Below the pieces are notes generated by a model, which was not told the DNA's origin, made no database searches, and was given only the letters and a program-made list of their open reading frames with translations. Both the position numbers and the translations under genes were made by a program. A stretch of DNA of 64,000 bases from Meyerozyma guilliermondii (taxonomy: Eukaryota). Of this stretch, positions 40,862 through 51,889 are shown piece after piece (the first letter of the stretch is position 1; each line of letters begins with the position of its first letter). The stretch spans positions 1,612,001 to 1,676,000 of the forward strand of contig CP128815.1 in the NCBI GenBank assembly GCA_051546255.1, given 5' to 3'.

Positions 40862-41989
40862 CTAGATGTCGAAAATGACCACCTTGCCGTCAATGCCCGA
40901 GGTGCTGACTTGCGAGGGCGAGTACGACCGGATGCTGGCGATCGTATTCTGGTGAATCGTAGCCAATGCCCGGCCAGCTCCGCGAGGCGAAGGCTTCGTC
41001 ACTCTGCCCTTAAGGTCAAGCTGCTTGAACATTTTCAAAGCATCGTGTGACGACATCTCGTCTTCTTCATCGTCTCCGGCCGTCGAAGGAGGAGCCGCCG
41101 TCAAATCGGTCTGGTTTTCCACCTTTTTGGCTTCACGCCAGCCCTGAACGTCTCCCTCAAACACAATCAAGTTGCAATTGTGGCCACCAGCTACGATTTT
41201 GTTCTCGCTGACGAACAAAAGTGCCTTGAATGGCAAGCTGTTGCTGTGCACAGCAACAATTGATTGAGGAGCGAGTCCTTCTCCTGCCGGGTACACAACG
41301 CCCAACGAAGCGTCGTGGCCCACGTACGCCAACACGTCGCCAGATGGACTGAAGGCAACACCGTGGATCCACGCTCTGGTCTCGTTGGTGAAGTCACCAC
41401 ACAAGGTCTGGAACGGTAACTTGGACCCCCAAAGTGTGGGTTCCGGTTTGGCATCCAATCCCTTGATATAAGCTGAAAACACCCTGACATGACCGTCAGT
41501 GGATCCGCACGCCAAAAGCACATCGTTGGGGTGCCATGCAATGGTGGTTATAGTGGACTTCAAAGGTTTCTTCAAATGCTTTGAAACCCACCAATCGTTC
41601 TCTTCCTCATAGTAGCACACCGCCACAACACGGTCGCTGGATCCTACTGCAAACTTGTTGCCAGAAGGTGACCATTTACAAACGGTAGCTGCCCGGCTGA
41701 TTCTCAACAATACCAATGTAGGCTTGTATTCGCCCGATTTTTTCTCCCAAACCAAGGCGTTTCTGTCTTGGGAACATGTAAGGATCCGTTTTCCGTCGGG
41801 AGAAATGTCCACAGACGTAACAGTTTTGTCGTGACCTCTCAAGACGTCCACCAATTGAGGAGTCGAATTTGCATTTTCGACTTTGTACAACTCCACTGTG
41901 TTATCTTTTGTAACTACTAGAGTTTTGTGGTCGGGGAAGAAGACATGGTCCTTGATTGGCTCGTGGCCTAACTGATAAATTGTGGGCAT
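40862..41989 (-). CDS. ARC40: Arp2/3 complex subunit ARPC1 (WD40)
   Basis: TCSQDRNALVW, KPTLVLLRISRAA, YYEEENDWWVSKHLKKP, HQNTI, STSGIDGKVVIF. Confidence 0.95.
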   Translation of the reverse strand: MPTIYQLGHEPIKDHVFFPDHKTLVVTKDNTVELYKVENANSTPQLVDVLRGHDKTVTSVDISPDGKRILTCSQDRNALVWEKKSGEYKPTLVLLRISRAATVCKWSPSGNKFAVGSSDRVVAVCYYEEENDWWVSKHLKKPLKSTITTIAWHPNDVLLACGSTDGHVRVFSAYIKGLDAKPEPTLWGSKLPFQTLCGDFTNETRAWIHGVAFSPSGDVLAYVGHDASLGVVYPAGEGLAPQSIVAVHSNSLPFKALLFVSENKIVAGGHNCNLIVFEGDVQGWREAKKVENQTDLTAAPPSTAGDDEEDEMSSHDALKMFKQLDLKGRVTKPSPRGAGRALATIHQNTIASIRSYSPSQVSTSGIDGKVVIFDI

Positions 41990-42246
41990 TCCAGGAGTCG
42001 ACTCTACTGGTATAAGGAGAGTTGGTGAGAATGAGAGATGTATGGGTGCAGGACTGGAAAATGCGAAGAGAGAGGAGAGACAAGAGGAAGACATGGTTTA
42101 CAATTCATATAAGCGTTTTCATATACTGTTTATTATTACAGGCACGCTCAGTCATTCTCACTTCGTTCTTCACAATTGATTCTCATCGTTCTTCACAATT
42201 GCTTCAATTCTACTTATACTCCCATTCTTGTTCATTCTTATTCTCC

Positions 42247-42987
42247 TCACATCTCCGACTGCTGCTTCTCGTCTAAAAACATCTTGATTTTGTCCCAGTA
42301 ATGAGTCACTTTTTCGTTTTTGCCCTGTACTTTTCCATCAAGTCTGTCCACAATAGACCGGAAAAGGTTTCCTGTCTCTTTGTTGTACAAAATACGCAAC
42401 CAGTAAAACACCAAGAACACCACCAATTGGTATCCCGACCATCCTCTCAAGAACAACGTGCGAAGCAAGAGGTAGACTATAAGCAAGAGCTCGTCGTAAG
42501 CAATGAGAGACGCAAGGAAATCCAGTTGCTTTTCAATGGCTCCGATTTTCTTGTGTGCGCCCAATTGCAAAATAGATATGAGCAAAAAGGGGATAAGTTT
42601 GAAAACAGATTTGAATGTAAAACACCATAAGAATGCCAACACCAAATACTGGAAATTTTGCTGGGCAACCATGGTCAGTGGAGGAGGAAGGAAACGAAGT
42701 CCAAATTTGTGAGAAAAAGTTGCACCAAGAGCCATCACAGACCCCAAAAGCGACAACCGGTAGCTGATGGAGTTGATGTAGTACCGATTGGGAAGCCACA
42801 AGAGTTGGAATCCCGAACTTATAGCACCAAATATAAGAGACATGAGATGGCCCGCAAGCCAAATCTTATATTTGAGTGGGTTTGGACCGGAGTTTTTGCG
42901 CACCAACTTTTTCTTGCGATGCTCCGACGACACGGTGGCGTTCGTGATTGGCTTGGCCTCTGTCTGAGACCCCGAAGTAGATGCCAT
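42247..42987 (-). CDS. TMEM33/Pom33/Per33-family ER or nuclear-envelope membrane protein
   Basis: WLAGH, YRLSLLGS, NFQYLVLAFLW; several TM segments. Confidence 0.75.
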   Translation of the reverse strand: MASTSGSQTEAKPITNATVSSEHRKKKLVRKNSGPNPLKYKIWLAGHLMSLIFGAISSGFQLLWLPNRYYINSISYRLSLLGSVMALGATFSHKFGLRFLPPPLTMVAQQNFQYLVLAFLWCFTFKSVFKLIPFLLISILQLGAHKKIGAIEKQLDFLASLIAYDELLLIVYLLLRTLFLRGWSGYQLVVFLVFYWLRILYNKETGNLFRSIVDRLDGKVQGKNEKVTHYWDKIKMFLDEKQQSEM

Positions 42988-43123
42988 GATAACGGTGTTT
43001 GCTGAAGCCAAGTTGCGAATTTCACCCTGCGACTTTCACGATAGCTATGTGTAGGAGCAGGCATTGTGCAGGATCCGAAACTGCGCACCAAAAGCTGTTT
43101 ATACCAGTAACTTCTAAAACATT

Positions 43124-43504
43124 ATGGCACCGCAAGACATCTACACAACAGAATACGACAAGGTGGCGGGCCTAGAGCCTTTGGAGGCACGCATACTCAA
43201 GCAGTACCAACTCTTGGCCACGCAGCTCAAAACCCTCGCCAATGAGGTCAAACTGATTAACACCACCGCATCGGAAACGCGTAGTTCCGACGATTCGGGA
43301 GCTTCCGAAGGACCAGGCACGGCCGACCAGCTTCTCGACAACTTCCGGAGCTTGGAAATGAAAATAGGGTTGGTTTACACGCTTTTTCGCGGAGCGGTGT
43401 ACTCGTTATTTCTTCAGCATGAAGAGGATGAAAATTTGAAAATTGACAAGGCAAAGGAAGACGAAGAGAACGACAACGCTGCGAGCGACTTGCAAAGTGG
43501 TTGA
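43124..43504 (+). CDS. DAD3: DASH/Dam1 complex subunit
   Basis: LEPLEARILKQYQLLA...LLDNFRSLEMKIGLVYTLFRGAVYSL. Confidence 0.88.
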   Translation: MAPQDIYTTEYDKVAGLEPLEARILKQYQLLATQLKTLANEVKLINTTASETRSSDDSGASEGPGTADQLLDNFRSLEMKIGLVYTLFRGAVYSLFLQHEEDENLKIDKAKEDEENDNAASDLQSG

Positions 43505-43776
43505 ACCAAGAAAAGAGTGGAGAAATGAAAAAAAAAAAATTCGAAGGCATGGTGGTGAAAAATTGATTCTCAGTTGATGAAACGAAATAACCTCCGATTA
43601 AGAGGTCTTCAGCTACTCTGTTTTCAGCTTCTCCATCTCATTTTCTATTATTCCATTACACCTTCGTGTTTCTTTTCTTTATTACACTATCAGTTAAGGC
43701 ACGGGGCCCGACCTGCAGGTAACATACCGAGTCAAATTATTTATTACTTCATCACGGCACTATTTCACCACTCATA

Positions 43777-45222
43777 ATGTCCAACGACAAGTATTCCACT
43801 CCATTGTCTTCCAGATATGCCTCCGAGGAGATGTCTAGCATCTTCTCGTTGAGAAATAGATTTTCAACTTGGAGAAAATTATGGCTCAATCTTGCTATTG
43901 CTGAGAAGCAGGTTGGTTTGGATGTCATTTCCGATGAAGCCATCACTCAAATGAAAAACCATTTAACTATTACTGACGAGGAGATCGAGGCAGCTGCAAA
44001 GGAAGAAGCTATTGTTAGACACGATGTTATGGCTCATGTTCATGTCTTTGGAAATACATGTCCTGAGGCTGCAAAAATTATTCATTTGGGTGCTACTTCT
44101 TGTTACGTCACTGACAATGCTGATTTGATCTTTTTGAGAGATGCTTATGATGTTTTGATTCCTAAATTGGTCAACGTTATCGACAGATTGTCCAAGTTTG
44201 CTATGGAATACAAGGATTTGCCAGTCTTGGGATGGACCCATTTCCAACCAGCTCAACTTACCACAGTGGGTAAGCGTGCAACTTTGTGGATTCAAGAGTT
44301 GTTGTGGGACTTGAGAAACATGGTGAGAGCCAGAAACGATATTGGTTTGAGAGGTGTCAAGGGTACCACCGGAACGCAAGCTTCGTTCCTTTCTTTATTC
44401 CACGGTGACCACGACAAAGTTGAACTTTTGGACGAGACTGTAGTCAAGTTGTTGGGATTCGAACATGTGTACCCTGTTACCGGACAAACATACTCGAGAA
44501 AAATTGACATTGATGTCTTGTCCCCATTGGCTTCTCTCGGAGCCACCACCCACAAGTTTGGTACTGATATCAGATTGCTTGCCAATTTGAAGGAAGTGGA
44601 AGAACCTTTTGAAAAATCGCAAATCGGTTCTTCTGCCATGGCTTACAAGAGAAATCCTATGCGTTGTGAAAGAGTTTGTTCCCTTTCCAGACACTTGGGA
44701 GGTTTGCTCAACGATGCTATCCAAACTGCCTCAGTGCAATGGTTTGAGAGAACCTTGGACGACTCTGCTATTAGAAGAATCTCGATTCCATCGGCATTCT
44801 TGACCGCCGACATCTTGTTGTCCACAATGATTAACATCACCAGTGGCCTTGTCGTATACCCAAAGGTGATCGAAAGAAGAATTGCTGCCGAATTGCCCTT
44901 CATGGCTACTGAAAACATCATCATGGCAATGGTGGAAAAAGGCGCTTCGAGACAAGACTGTCACGAAGAAATTAGAGTGTTATCTCACCAAGCTAGTGCC
45001 GTTGTCAAGCAAGAGGGAGGAGACAACGATTTGATCGAGAGAGTCAAGAACACCGAGTACTTTAAGCCAATTTGGGGTGAACTCGACAACTTGTTGGATC
45101 CATCTACTTTTGTTGGTCGCGCACCTCAGCAAACAGAAAAGTTTGTGAAGAACGATGTGGCCAAGGCGTTGGAACCTTTTAAGAAGCACATCACCACCGA
45201 ATCGGTTTCTTTGAGCGTTTAG
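43777..45222 (+). CDS. ADE13: Adenylosuccinate lyase
   Basis: [46 protein letters not shown] (Bas1/Gcn4-type site) lies at 43729-43734. Confidence 0.98.
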   Translation: MSNDKYSTPLSSRYASEEMSSIFSLRNRFSTWRKLWLNLAIAEKQVGLDVISDEAITQMKNHLTITDEEIEAAAKEEAIVRHDVMAHVHVFGNTCPEAAKIIHLGATSCYVTDNADLIFLRDAYDVLIPKLVNVIDRLSKFAMEYKDLPVLGWTHFQPAQLTTVGKRATLWIQELLWDLRNMVRARNDIGLRGVKGTTGTQASFLSLFHGDHDKVELLDETVVKLLGFEHVYPVTGQTYSRKIDIDVLSPLASLGATTHKFGTDIRLLANLKEVEEPFEKSQIGSSAMAYKRNPMRCERVCSLSRHLGGLLNDAIQTASVQWFERTLDDSAIRRISIPSAFLTADILLSTMINITSGLVVYPKVIERRIAAELPFMATENIIMAMVEKGASRQDCHEEIRVLSHQASAVVKQEGGDNDLIERVKNTEYFKPIWGELDNLLDPSTFVGRAPQQTEKFVKNDVAKALEPFKKHITTESVSLSV

Positions 45223-45290
45223 ATTTTGTATCATTCGCTAAGTCTATAAAATCTCGTAACTAATAATCATAAAAGTTTGCGTAGAACCCA

Positions 45291-46553
45291 CTACCGATTC
45301 AACTTTAATTCGGTTTTTGCAAGTTGATCACTGTCACCATTCGGCCCAGGAACCAGCATGGACATAGGCACAGACGAGTAGCGGGTCTTGTCTACGGCAT
45401 TTTTGTACTCTTCCACATACTTGGAGTACTCAAATGCAGTGGCTATATGTTTCTGCAAGGGTAAATCAAGGTCAAGAACCCCTTTGAAAAGATCACGCTT
45501 CAACATTCTGTCATCGACGTACAAGGAGGCATTGCTCGAGTAGGGAACAAAGTAGATTTTCATTCCCGATTTGTAACGTGGACGAGCGACAATCTTTTTG
45601 ATGAACAAATTATTGGGACGGCGGCCCGGTTTTCCAATGCTATGCAGCATATCATCTGCAAAATCTTCATCGTCGATCAACAGGTAATCTCCGGGTTGTG
45701 CTGTTTCCAACTTGAGCACCAGCGACCCATCTGCCTCGTCAGTGGCCGAGCGGGTGACTCTCACTAGAGTGTAATTATTGGCGCCAAACAAAGAGTATAT
45801 GGCAGTGTCAAGGGAATTGAATGTTGGGGTAGAGAATTCGTTTGCATTCGTATTGGTCTTACCGTTAAAACCCAGAAGTATCTTGTTCGACACACCCGAG
45901 AGATTGACGAGGTCACTATCAATGAGCTGCACCAGTTTCACCTTGGTGGTTGACTCCTGGTCTATGTCGTAATTGTAGGACGGGGTGCTAATTGAGCCGT
46001 CTTTCATGCTGGGTTCGTAAAGACTTCGAATTGGTTGGCGATTGGTATTTGGTGTGAGCGAGCAGTAGAGAGCTGTGAGCGACGGCACAAGGGTGAGCTT
46101 TACTCTGAGCGCCGCCTCTAGAGATTTCAAATGAAGCTTGGACCCTACAGGTTCGGTCGAAGACTTCCTTGAGCTCTTTCTCCGAACAGCTATTTTCACC
46201 AATCTTTCCTTTGGAAAAAACCGCTTGTCGACTTTTGACCTGGGCAATTTTTTACCAAACAGTTCAGCGTAAATTTCGCCAGGCGGAGTGGTTGTGGCTA
46301 CCGATCCGGGAGCCGAGTTCGAGGTAGAACTTGAGGCTGAAATGGGAGCTGAATTTCGTGCCGAATTGGTTGCGGAATTGGTTGCGGAAGTGGGAGTGGA
46401 GGAGGAGGCGATACTGGAATAGCTGGAAGTATGGCCCAAAGAAAGGCGAGATTCCAATCCAGAAGACTCACTTCCAGAACCCAGCGGAGGCCCTGAAGAA
46501 ATGACGGACTCGTCGCTATCGCTGTGATTAAGGAGGTCTGAAAGCGACGCCAT
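45291..46553 (-). CDS. Hypothetical protein with a Ser-rich N-terminus and basic patch
   Basis: About 420-aa ORF starting MASLSDLLN, with an RRKSSRK basic segment. No family recognised. Confidence 0.7.
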   Translation of the reverse strand: MASLSDLLNHSDSDESVISSGPPLGSGSESSGLESRLSLGHTSSYSSIASSSTPTSATNSATNSARNSAPISASSSTSNSAPGSVATTTPPGEIYAELFGKKLPRSKVDKRFFPKERLVKIAVRRKSSRKSSTEPVGSKLHLKSLEAALRVKLTLVPSLTALYCSLTPNTNRQPIRSLYEPSMKDGSISTPSYNYDIDQESTTKVKLVQLIDSDLVNLSGVSNKILLGFNGKTNTNANEFSTPTFNSLDTAIYSLFGANNYTLVRVTRSATDEADGSLVLKLETAQPGDYLLIDDEDFADDMLHSIGKPGRRPNNLFIKKIVARPRYKSGMKIYFVPYSSNASLYVDDRMLKRDLFKGVLDLDLPLQKHIATAFEYSKYVEEYKNAVDKTRYSSVPMSMLVPGPNGDSDQLAKTELKLNR

Positions 46554-47305
46554 GAGGAGGATTTGGAGTACAAAATGGTAAACCAAAGTTTTGGTTATTG
46601 TTTAAAGCGGAGGTTTGACACGCTTCTCTGTATAGCAAGGACAACTCTAATGCAAATTGAGACAACAAACCTGGGTTCTAATAAGGGGAGAAGAAGTTAT
46701 TTGTGAGAAATTTGTTTGCTTATAAGAAAAGTGAGACATTGCGGCATTACGAACACTGTTTCCTTACACAGGAAGAGAGGATGGAAATAAAGGAAGAGCC
46801 CTAGGGGGTCAAAAGTGAAGCAAATTACTCCAGATTGAAAGGTAAGGCTGTATACAACGTCTATAGTCCAGCATGAAACTCCGGAACAATTCCACTCACA
46901 AAAGCACCCACTGGCAAATGTGAGACACTCGTCCATCCCGTGCGGCGCGGAGACAGATAGCCGATCGGCTGATTTGGGGTATAATACACCGCTTATGGGT
47001 GCGAAAGGAACAGGAGAAATAGCGTGATAATTCACATTATGACATGAAAATATTTAGTTTGAAAAAATAAAAGGATGTTTAGTTTTGAAAAATGAAGCGT
47101 AAATCTTAACAATATTTTTTAGAATTGTTTGATTTCAAACTTTAAATTATCTTGTCTATTTTTGCACATTCTGAACTATTCAGTCTGAGTATAACTCTGA
47201 TCCTGATTCTTCGTATTATGTATTCATTTCCTCTTCTCTATTCGTCTTCTTTTCTTCTCCCTTCCATTCTCTTCTTTTTCTCTTCTCTGTTCATTCTACT
47301 CATGC

Positions 47306-48229
47306 CTAAAAATTAGATCCTTGGTTGATATTTCTATCACGCACCCCAAGCTCGCCACTGAGGAGATCGCTATCATCTCCCTTCTCGTTTTTCCTCCAGA
47401 ACGTCCATCCTCCTTCTTGGTCTTTGTTCGTCCTTCGTTTGAGGAGAAACAAGATTGAAATAATGCCAATGATAATCGCACCTCCAACGCCAACAACTAC
47501 ACCTACAACGATTTTATTGGTGTTCGAGAGTCCACTGGATCCGCTGCTGTTGCCACGGTCACCAGAGGCAGCGCTAGGTTGATTGGTCCGCTCGCTATCG
47601 ATGGTTCTGGTGACAACCACCGTCCTTCCATTGTCAACCGACAGAAAGGTTGTGGTGATTTGGTCACTTTGCAGAGAAGAGCTGGTGGTTTCTGGTGAGC
47701 TAGTGGTACTATCTTGCTGGGTTTCCAGGGCAGGAGTCTCCTTCAGCGACAGAGCTTCTTGTCTTGTCGTTGTTCTCTGCGACAGACTGGTAGGTTGAGT
47801 ATTCGAAGAAGAACTCGACGAAATGACTCTGCTGCTTGTACGCTGGGCAAACGATGACGACAGACTCAGACTCGTCAGAAATACAAACGACAGCGTCGTT
47901 GGGTCATCAGAAAATGTGGTTGACTCACTGCTGATAGTAAAAGTACCGAACTCGTCTGATGAAACAAACACCAGGGTATCGTTATCTGCCCGAGCCATCA
48001 CAACCACCGTCTCCTCAGGAACAGCTCTAACCTCGCTGGCGGTCTGCTCATCTTTTGGCCGTGACTCATATCCAGTCTTACCGTCTATAAATTGGAAACT
48101 CCATTGACGAAAATTTCCTTTCGTAATTTTTTCAATGCCTGGTGTATCCAGATGCAATGTGGTCACATAGATCAAGCTACACGCCACGGCAATCAACAAC
48201 AACACCCAGCTTAACGAACGACAACTCAT
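47306..48229 (-). CDS. DFI1: Dfi1/Mid2-like cell-surface sensor with two TM segments
   Basis: N-terminal TM, Ser/Thr-rich ectodomain, GxxxG-containing TM (IVVGVVVGVGG), and tail GWTFWRKNEK...GELGVRDRNINQGSNF as recalled for Candida Dfi1. Confidence 0.8.
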   Translation of the reverse strand: MSCRSLSWVLLLIAVACSLIYVTTLHLDTPGIEKITKGNFRQWSFQFIDGKTGYESRPKDEQTASEVRAVPEETVVVMARADNDTLVFVSSDEFGTFTISSESTTFSDDPTTLSFVFLTSLSLSSSFAQRTSSRVISSSSSSNTQPTSLSQRTTTRQEALSLKETPALETQQDSTTSSPETTSSSLQSDQITTTFLSVDNGRTVVVTRTIDSERTNQPSAASGDRGNSSGSSGLSNTNKIVVGVVVGVGGAIIIGIISILFLLKRRTNKDQEGGWTFWRKNEKGDDSDLLSGELGVRDRNINQGSNF

Positions 48230-48440
48230 TACCTGCTATTAATAGAGATCAAAGAAGGGCAGAGATGAAACCTGGTGCGTCACGTGAACGAGGCGCGGCC
48301 CGTCGTGCCACGGCGCGGAAACTGGCGACGAGCAGAACAAAGGGAGGGGAATCCGTCGTCTATTGTGGTGTATGGGTGGTGGTATTGAAGACTGCTTATG
48401 TAATCAAATGATATCTCCGTCCCCTTTGGTATTAGTAATC

Positions 48441-48524
48441 TTCTGGAACCTTCTACAACTTTCGCAGTGATCCATTCTGGAAACTTCTACGCAGCACAAT
48501 GCGAAACGGCTGCAAATTATAAAA
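48441..48524 (+). promoter_or_regulatory. Two perfect three-unit heat-shock elements plus TATA box
   Basis: TTCtgGAAccTTC at 48441-48453, TTCtgGAAacTTC at 48475-48487, TATAAAA at about 48518. Confidence 0.85.
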
Positions 48525-48560
48525 GGCGCCACCGATACTTCTCCTTCAATTCATTCCACA

Positions 48561-49682
48561 ATGTTTGCAATCAACTACAACCCCGTCTTGAGCTTTCTTG
48601 ATTTAGTTCAACAACAACAGCAACAACAACTTCGTCAACAATTCCAACCAAAGATTTCAAAGAAAGTTGAAACTGAAGACGAGTATCAAATCCACATTTT
48701 CAAGCCATATGGTGACTTCAATTCTTATGAAGTCCGTGCTTTAAAGAGTCAAAATGGACTCGTAAAGCTTGTCATCGAATCTGAACCTGACAACTTTCAA
48801 GCCACCGTTTCGTTTTCGTTGGCTGAGATCGATTTGCAAGAAATCAACTGGTTATACTTCCGCGCCGAGAACACATTGGTGTTGAGGATTCCCAAGAAAC
48901 AAAAGGTATGTTATCCTCAATTCTACTTTCCTGGCTGTGTTATTGGAAATGAAAGAGAACAACAAAGAGACGATAGGTTAAGGCAAGCTGAACAAGCCAA
49001 GCTTAATGCGAGAAGGGAATCAGAAGAGAGAGTGAGAAGAGAAGCTGAAAGAGCAAGGAGGGAAGCTGAGAGAGCAAGGAGGGAAGCTGAAAGAGCAAGA
49101 AGAGAAGCTGAAGAAAGGGCCAGAAGAGAAGCTGAGAGGGCTAGAAAAGAGGCTGAAGAAAGAGCAAGGAGAGAAGCCGAACAGGCAAGAAGGGCAGCTG
49201 AAGAGAAAGCCAGAAAGGAGGCGGCACAAAAGCAAGCTGAGGAAAACGCCAGGAAGGAAGCCAAGGCTAGAGAACAGGCAAAGCTTCAGGAAAGAAAGGA
49301 AAGAATCAGAAGAGAAGCCGAGGCCAGAAATGCTAAAGCCCAACAAGAGCAATTTGTTGAACAGCTTCTACAAAACTTTTTTACTCCTTTCTTGAGTCAA
49401 GTCAGCCAAGCTCAAGCCAAGAATTCTGAAGAAAAGGTTACCCAGAATAATGAATCATCTTCATCTCCAGCACCAGTTCCAGCTCCAGCACCAAAACAGC
49501 CATCTCCAAGATTAGACGCCAATGATGATAACGAGTCCGTTCAATCCGAGCCATTGACCCCAGAAGTTGGCTCTCCAAAGCTTGAAGCGAAAGACGAATC
49601 TCTCGATTTGCACAAGCACCCATCTTTGGAAGAGGTTGAAGATGAGGAGTTTGTCATGTTCCGCAAGAAGTTTGAACAATGA
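48561..49682 (+). CDS. Btn2-like heat-induced sequestrase (alpha-crystallin-like domain plus charged helix)
   Basis: ETEDEYQI...ENTLVLRIPK resembles an Hsp20-like beta sandwich; E/R/K-rich helix; C-terminal PSLEEVEDEEF; HSEs upstream. Confidence 0.65.
   Translation: MFAINYNPVLSFLDLVQQQQQQQLRQQFQPKISKKVETEDEYQIHIFKPYGDFNSYEVRALKSQNGLVKLVIESEPDNFQATVSFSLAEIDLQEINWLYFRAENTLVLRIPKKQKVCYPQFYFPGCVIGNEREQQRDDRLRQAEQAKLNARRESEERVRREAERARREAERARREAERARREAEERARREAERARKEAEERARREAEQARRAAEEKARKEAAQKQAEENARKEAKAREQAKLQERKERIRREAEARNAKAQQEQFVEQLLQNFFTPFLSQVSQAQAKNSEEKVTQNNESSSSPAPVPAPAPKQPSPRLDANDDNESVQSEPLTPEVGSPKLEAKDESLDLHKHPSLEEVEDEEFVMFRKKFEQ
49030..49210 (+). repeat. Coding minisatellite of 21-bp and 33-bp units encoding EAERARR / EAEERARR
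   Basis: gaagctga(a/g)agagcaaggagg iterated several times. Confidence 0.88.
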
Positions 49683-49838
49683 TAATAATGACTACCTAGA
49701 TATCAATTGCATAGATAATACGACCAATCTTATAATAATTCGATTTATTGTAGATTTTCCAATTTTTCATTTTTCACTGCTCCCCACATCTTCTCACCCC
49801 ACCAATTTCTCGCATTCGCAACTTTCTTCATTGCTGCA

Positions 49839-50645
49839 ATGACAATACTTAAAACTATTGGTGTTTTTGGTGGCTCCGGCTTTGTGGGAAGGAGTATTTG
49901 CAAGAAAGGGGTTCAACTAGGCTACAATGTGATAGGATTCTCTCGTTCAGGCAAACCGACGGGAATTCAGGGTGCTTGGGTCGATAAAGTGAACTGGCAC
50001 AAGGCTGATATTTTTGATCCTTCGACATACGAAAACCAATTGAAAGACATAGATGTGGTGGTCCATAGTATGGGGTTGTTGTTCGAGAACCAAGCCTACA
50101 AAAAAACCATAAATACTAATTTCAATTTTCTCAACGACATTCAAAATTTGGCCAGTGTCATGAGAGGTGCCAATCCAATGACCAAAGGTCAACACGATTC
50201 ATACGAAGCTATACAGCGAGACTCTGCGGTGATCCTTGCCGACGCTTTCTTGGAAGCTAGAAAAGAAAAAATGAAACCAAAGCCAACTTTTGTCTACATC
50301 TCTGCTGATCAAAAAATGCCAATTGTACCGGAGGCTTATATAGACACGAAGAGAGAGGCGGAGTTTGAATTGTCGTGCAAGCCTGGGCTTCGGAGCATCA
50401 GTTTGAGACCTGGTTTTATGTATGACAGTGAGCTGCAACTGCTCAATGCTCGCGCTTTACTCAAGACATTGTTGAGTCTTGGGTACGGAGTCAAAAACGC
50501 TGTTTTGGGAGATAATGTTTCTTATATCAATAACTTGATACGGCCTCCGGTCTCAGTGCAGCAATTGAGCCTGACGCTCTACGACAAGGTGGAAAAAGAG
50601 GAGTTTGATGGCACGGTTTTGTTGGAGGAGATTCGCGAGTATTGA
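49839..50645 (+). CDS. COQ11: Atypical SDR, coenzyme Q biosynthesis protein Coq11-like
   Basis: VFGGSGFVGRSICK, SRSGKP, VVHSMGLL, FVYISAD, YIDTKREAE, LRPGFMY. Confidence 0.82.
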   Translation: MTILKTIGVFGGSGFVGRSICKKGVQLGYNVIGFSRSGKPTGIQGAWVDKVNWHKADIFDPSTYENQLKDIDVVVHSMGLLFENQAYKKTINTNFNFLNDIQNLASVMRGANPMTKGQHDSYEAIQRDSAVILADAFLEARKEKMKPKPTFVYISADQKMPIVPEAYIDTKREAEFELSCKPGLRSISLRPGFMYDSELQLLNARALLKTLLSLGYGVKNAVLGDNVSYINNLIRPPVSVQQLSLTLYDKVEKEEFDGTVLLEEIREY

Positions 50646-50953
50646 TGAAGATAGGACTTGAATATCACGACTGATGTATATAGAGGAGAATTGATAAGAT
50701 TAATGGAGAAACAAGTACTTCAGCATATTAGTTTAAATATGGAGATTGTCTACTTTGAGTGAAAGGGACAATGAGTATTAACCGAATGAAATGATTGATT
50801 TAACAGTTGTATGTATTAATTATTCTACTTTATAGTAGAAAATGATAATTGAAATGATTAAGTTGGTTGTCCAAGACTGTATTCGGTTAACAGTATTGGT
50901 AATTGAATATGTTCCGACACCAAGTTGTGTATTATTAGTCAAACCTGAGCTTC

Positions 50954-51889
50954 TTATGACTTAGACGAATTGAATGAGTTATCATCACGATACGGGCTCT
51001 TGAGTGGAGTAGGCTGCGACGAGGCAATCAACTGGCGCATCAGTTCGAGCCAGATGAAATTGAGATCTTCAACGTTCAAGTTTGACGGTATAGTAATTCC
51101 GTTGGCGGTGATTTTGACATAGTCAATCTGGTCAACATAATGGACATCAGATTCGAATTTGCGGGGTACTGGTTTTGGTTTTGGTTTTGGTTCTGATTTT
51201 TCTTCTTTTTTGAGTTCTTTTTCAAGTTCTTTTTCCTCGTCTTTCTTCTCTGAGGGCTTCAAGACCGCCGGTGTCCACCAGTAAGCGGGAAACTTTCTAA
51301 TGACATTTCCCGTTATCATAGCGACACATATGATCAAAACACTCAGAATCAACTGAACGGGAAGATACCACCAACTCATTTCACGAGTGTGTTCATCGAC
51401 AGATGGAAGAAGTGCTGATGCACCAGCAGGCGGATGTACACAATTCAAAATGGACATTGCCACAGAAGCAACACCTACACTGAGAGCTCCACTGGCCCAA
51501 TAATGGTGTCTTCCACCGGCACTCAACAGGAAAAGTTTTTGGATGCAAACACCAATAAGTGAGGCCACAAAATGGCCCATAAGTATACTACGAGGTTGTG
51601 CCAAAGGTGCCTGGTGAGCATTGAAGCAAAGAATAGCGGTTGCTCCGTAACTGGCAATGATCATAGGAACATGATGGGAAGTGAATACTGTATGACTCTT
51701 GAATACACCTTCCAATAGTGCAATACCACAGAAACTGGAAACAAGAATTTCAATCCATATCCAGTAGTCTGCCACGGGTTTGGGATGATGACTTCCTAGC
51801 ACTCGGCGTATGGGTTTGGGTAGCCTATTTAGACGATTGTAGGGCACGTATTTGTTCAAGACTGTATCTATAGTGAATTTGAATACCAT
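50954..51889 (-). CDS. HPP-family integral membrane protein
   Basis: IASYGATAIL, APLAQPR, CVHPPAGASAL; about 5 TM segments. Confidence 0.88.
   Translation of the reverse strand: MVFKFTIDTVLNKYVPYNRLNRLPKPIRRVLGSHHPKPVADYWIWIEILVSSFCGIALLEGVFKSHTVFTSHHVPMIIASYGATAILCFNAHQAPLAQPRSILMGHFVASLIGVCIQKLFLLSAGGRHHYWASGALSVGVASVAMSILNCVHPPAGASALLPSVDEHTREMSWWYLPVQLILSVLIICVAMITGNVIRKFPAYWWTPAVLKPSEKKDEEKELEKELKKEEKSEPKPKPKPVPRKFESDVHYVDQIDYVKITANGITIPSNLNVEDLNFIWLELMRQLIASSQPTPLKSPYRDDNSFNSSKS

Noticed and set aside
50650..50950. AT-rich spacer with ATGA/CTGA words suggesting a C/D snoRNA
   Set aside because: No convincing C box, terminal stem or rRNA-complementary guide. More likely a bidirectional terminator region.
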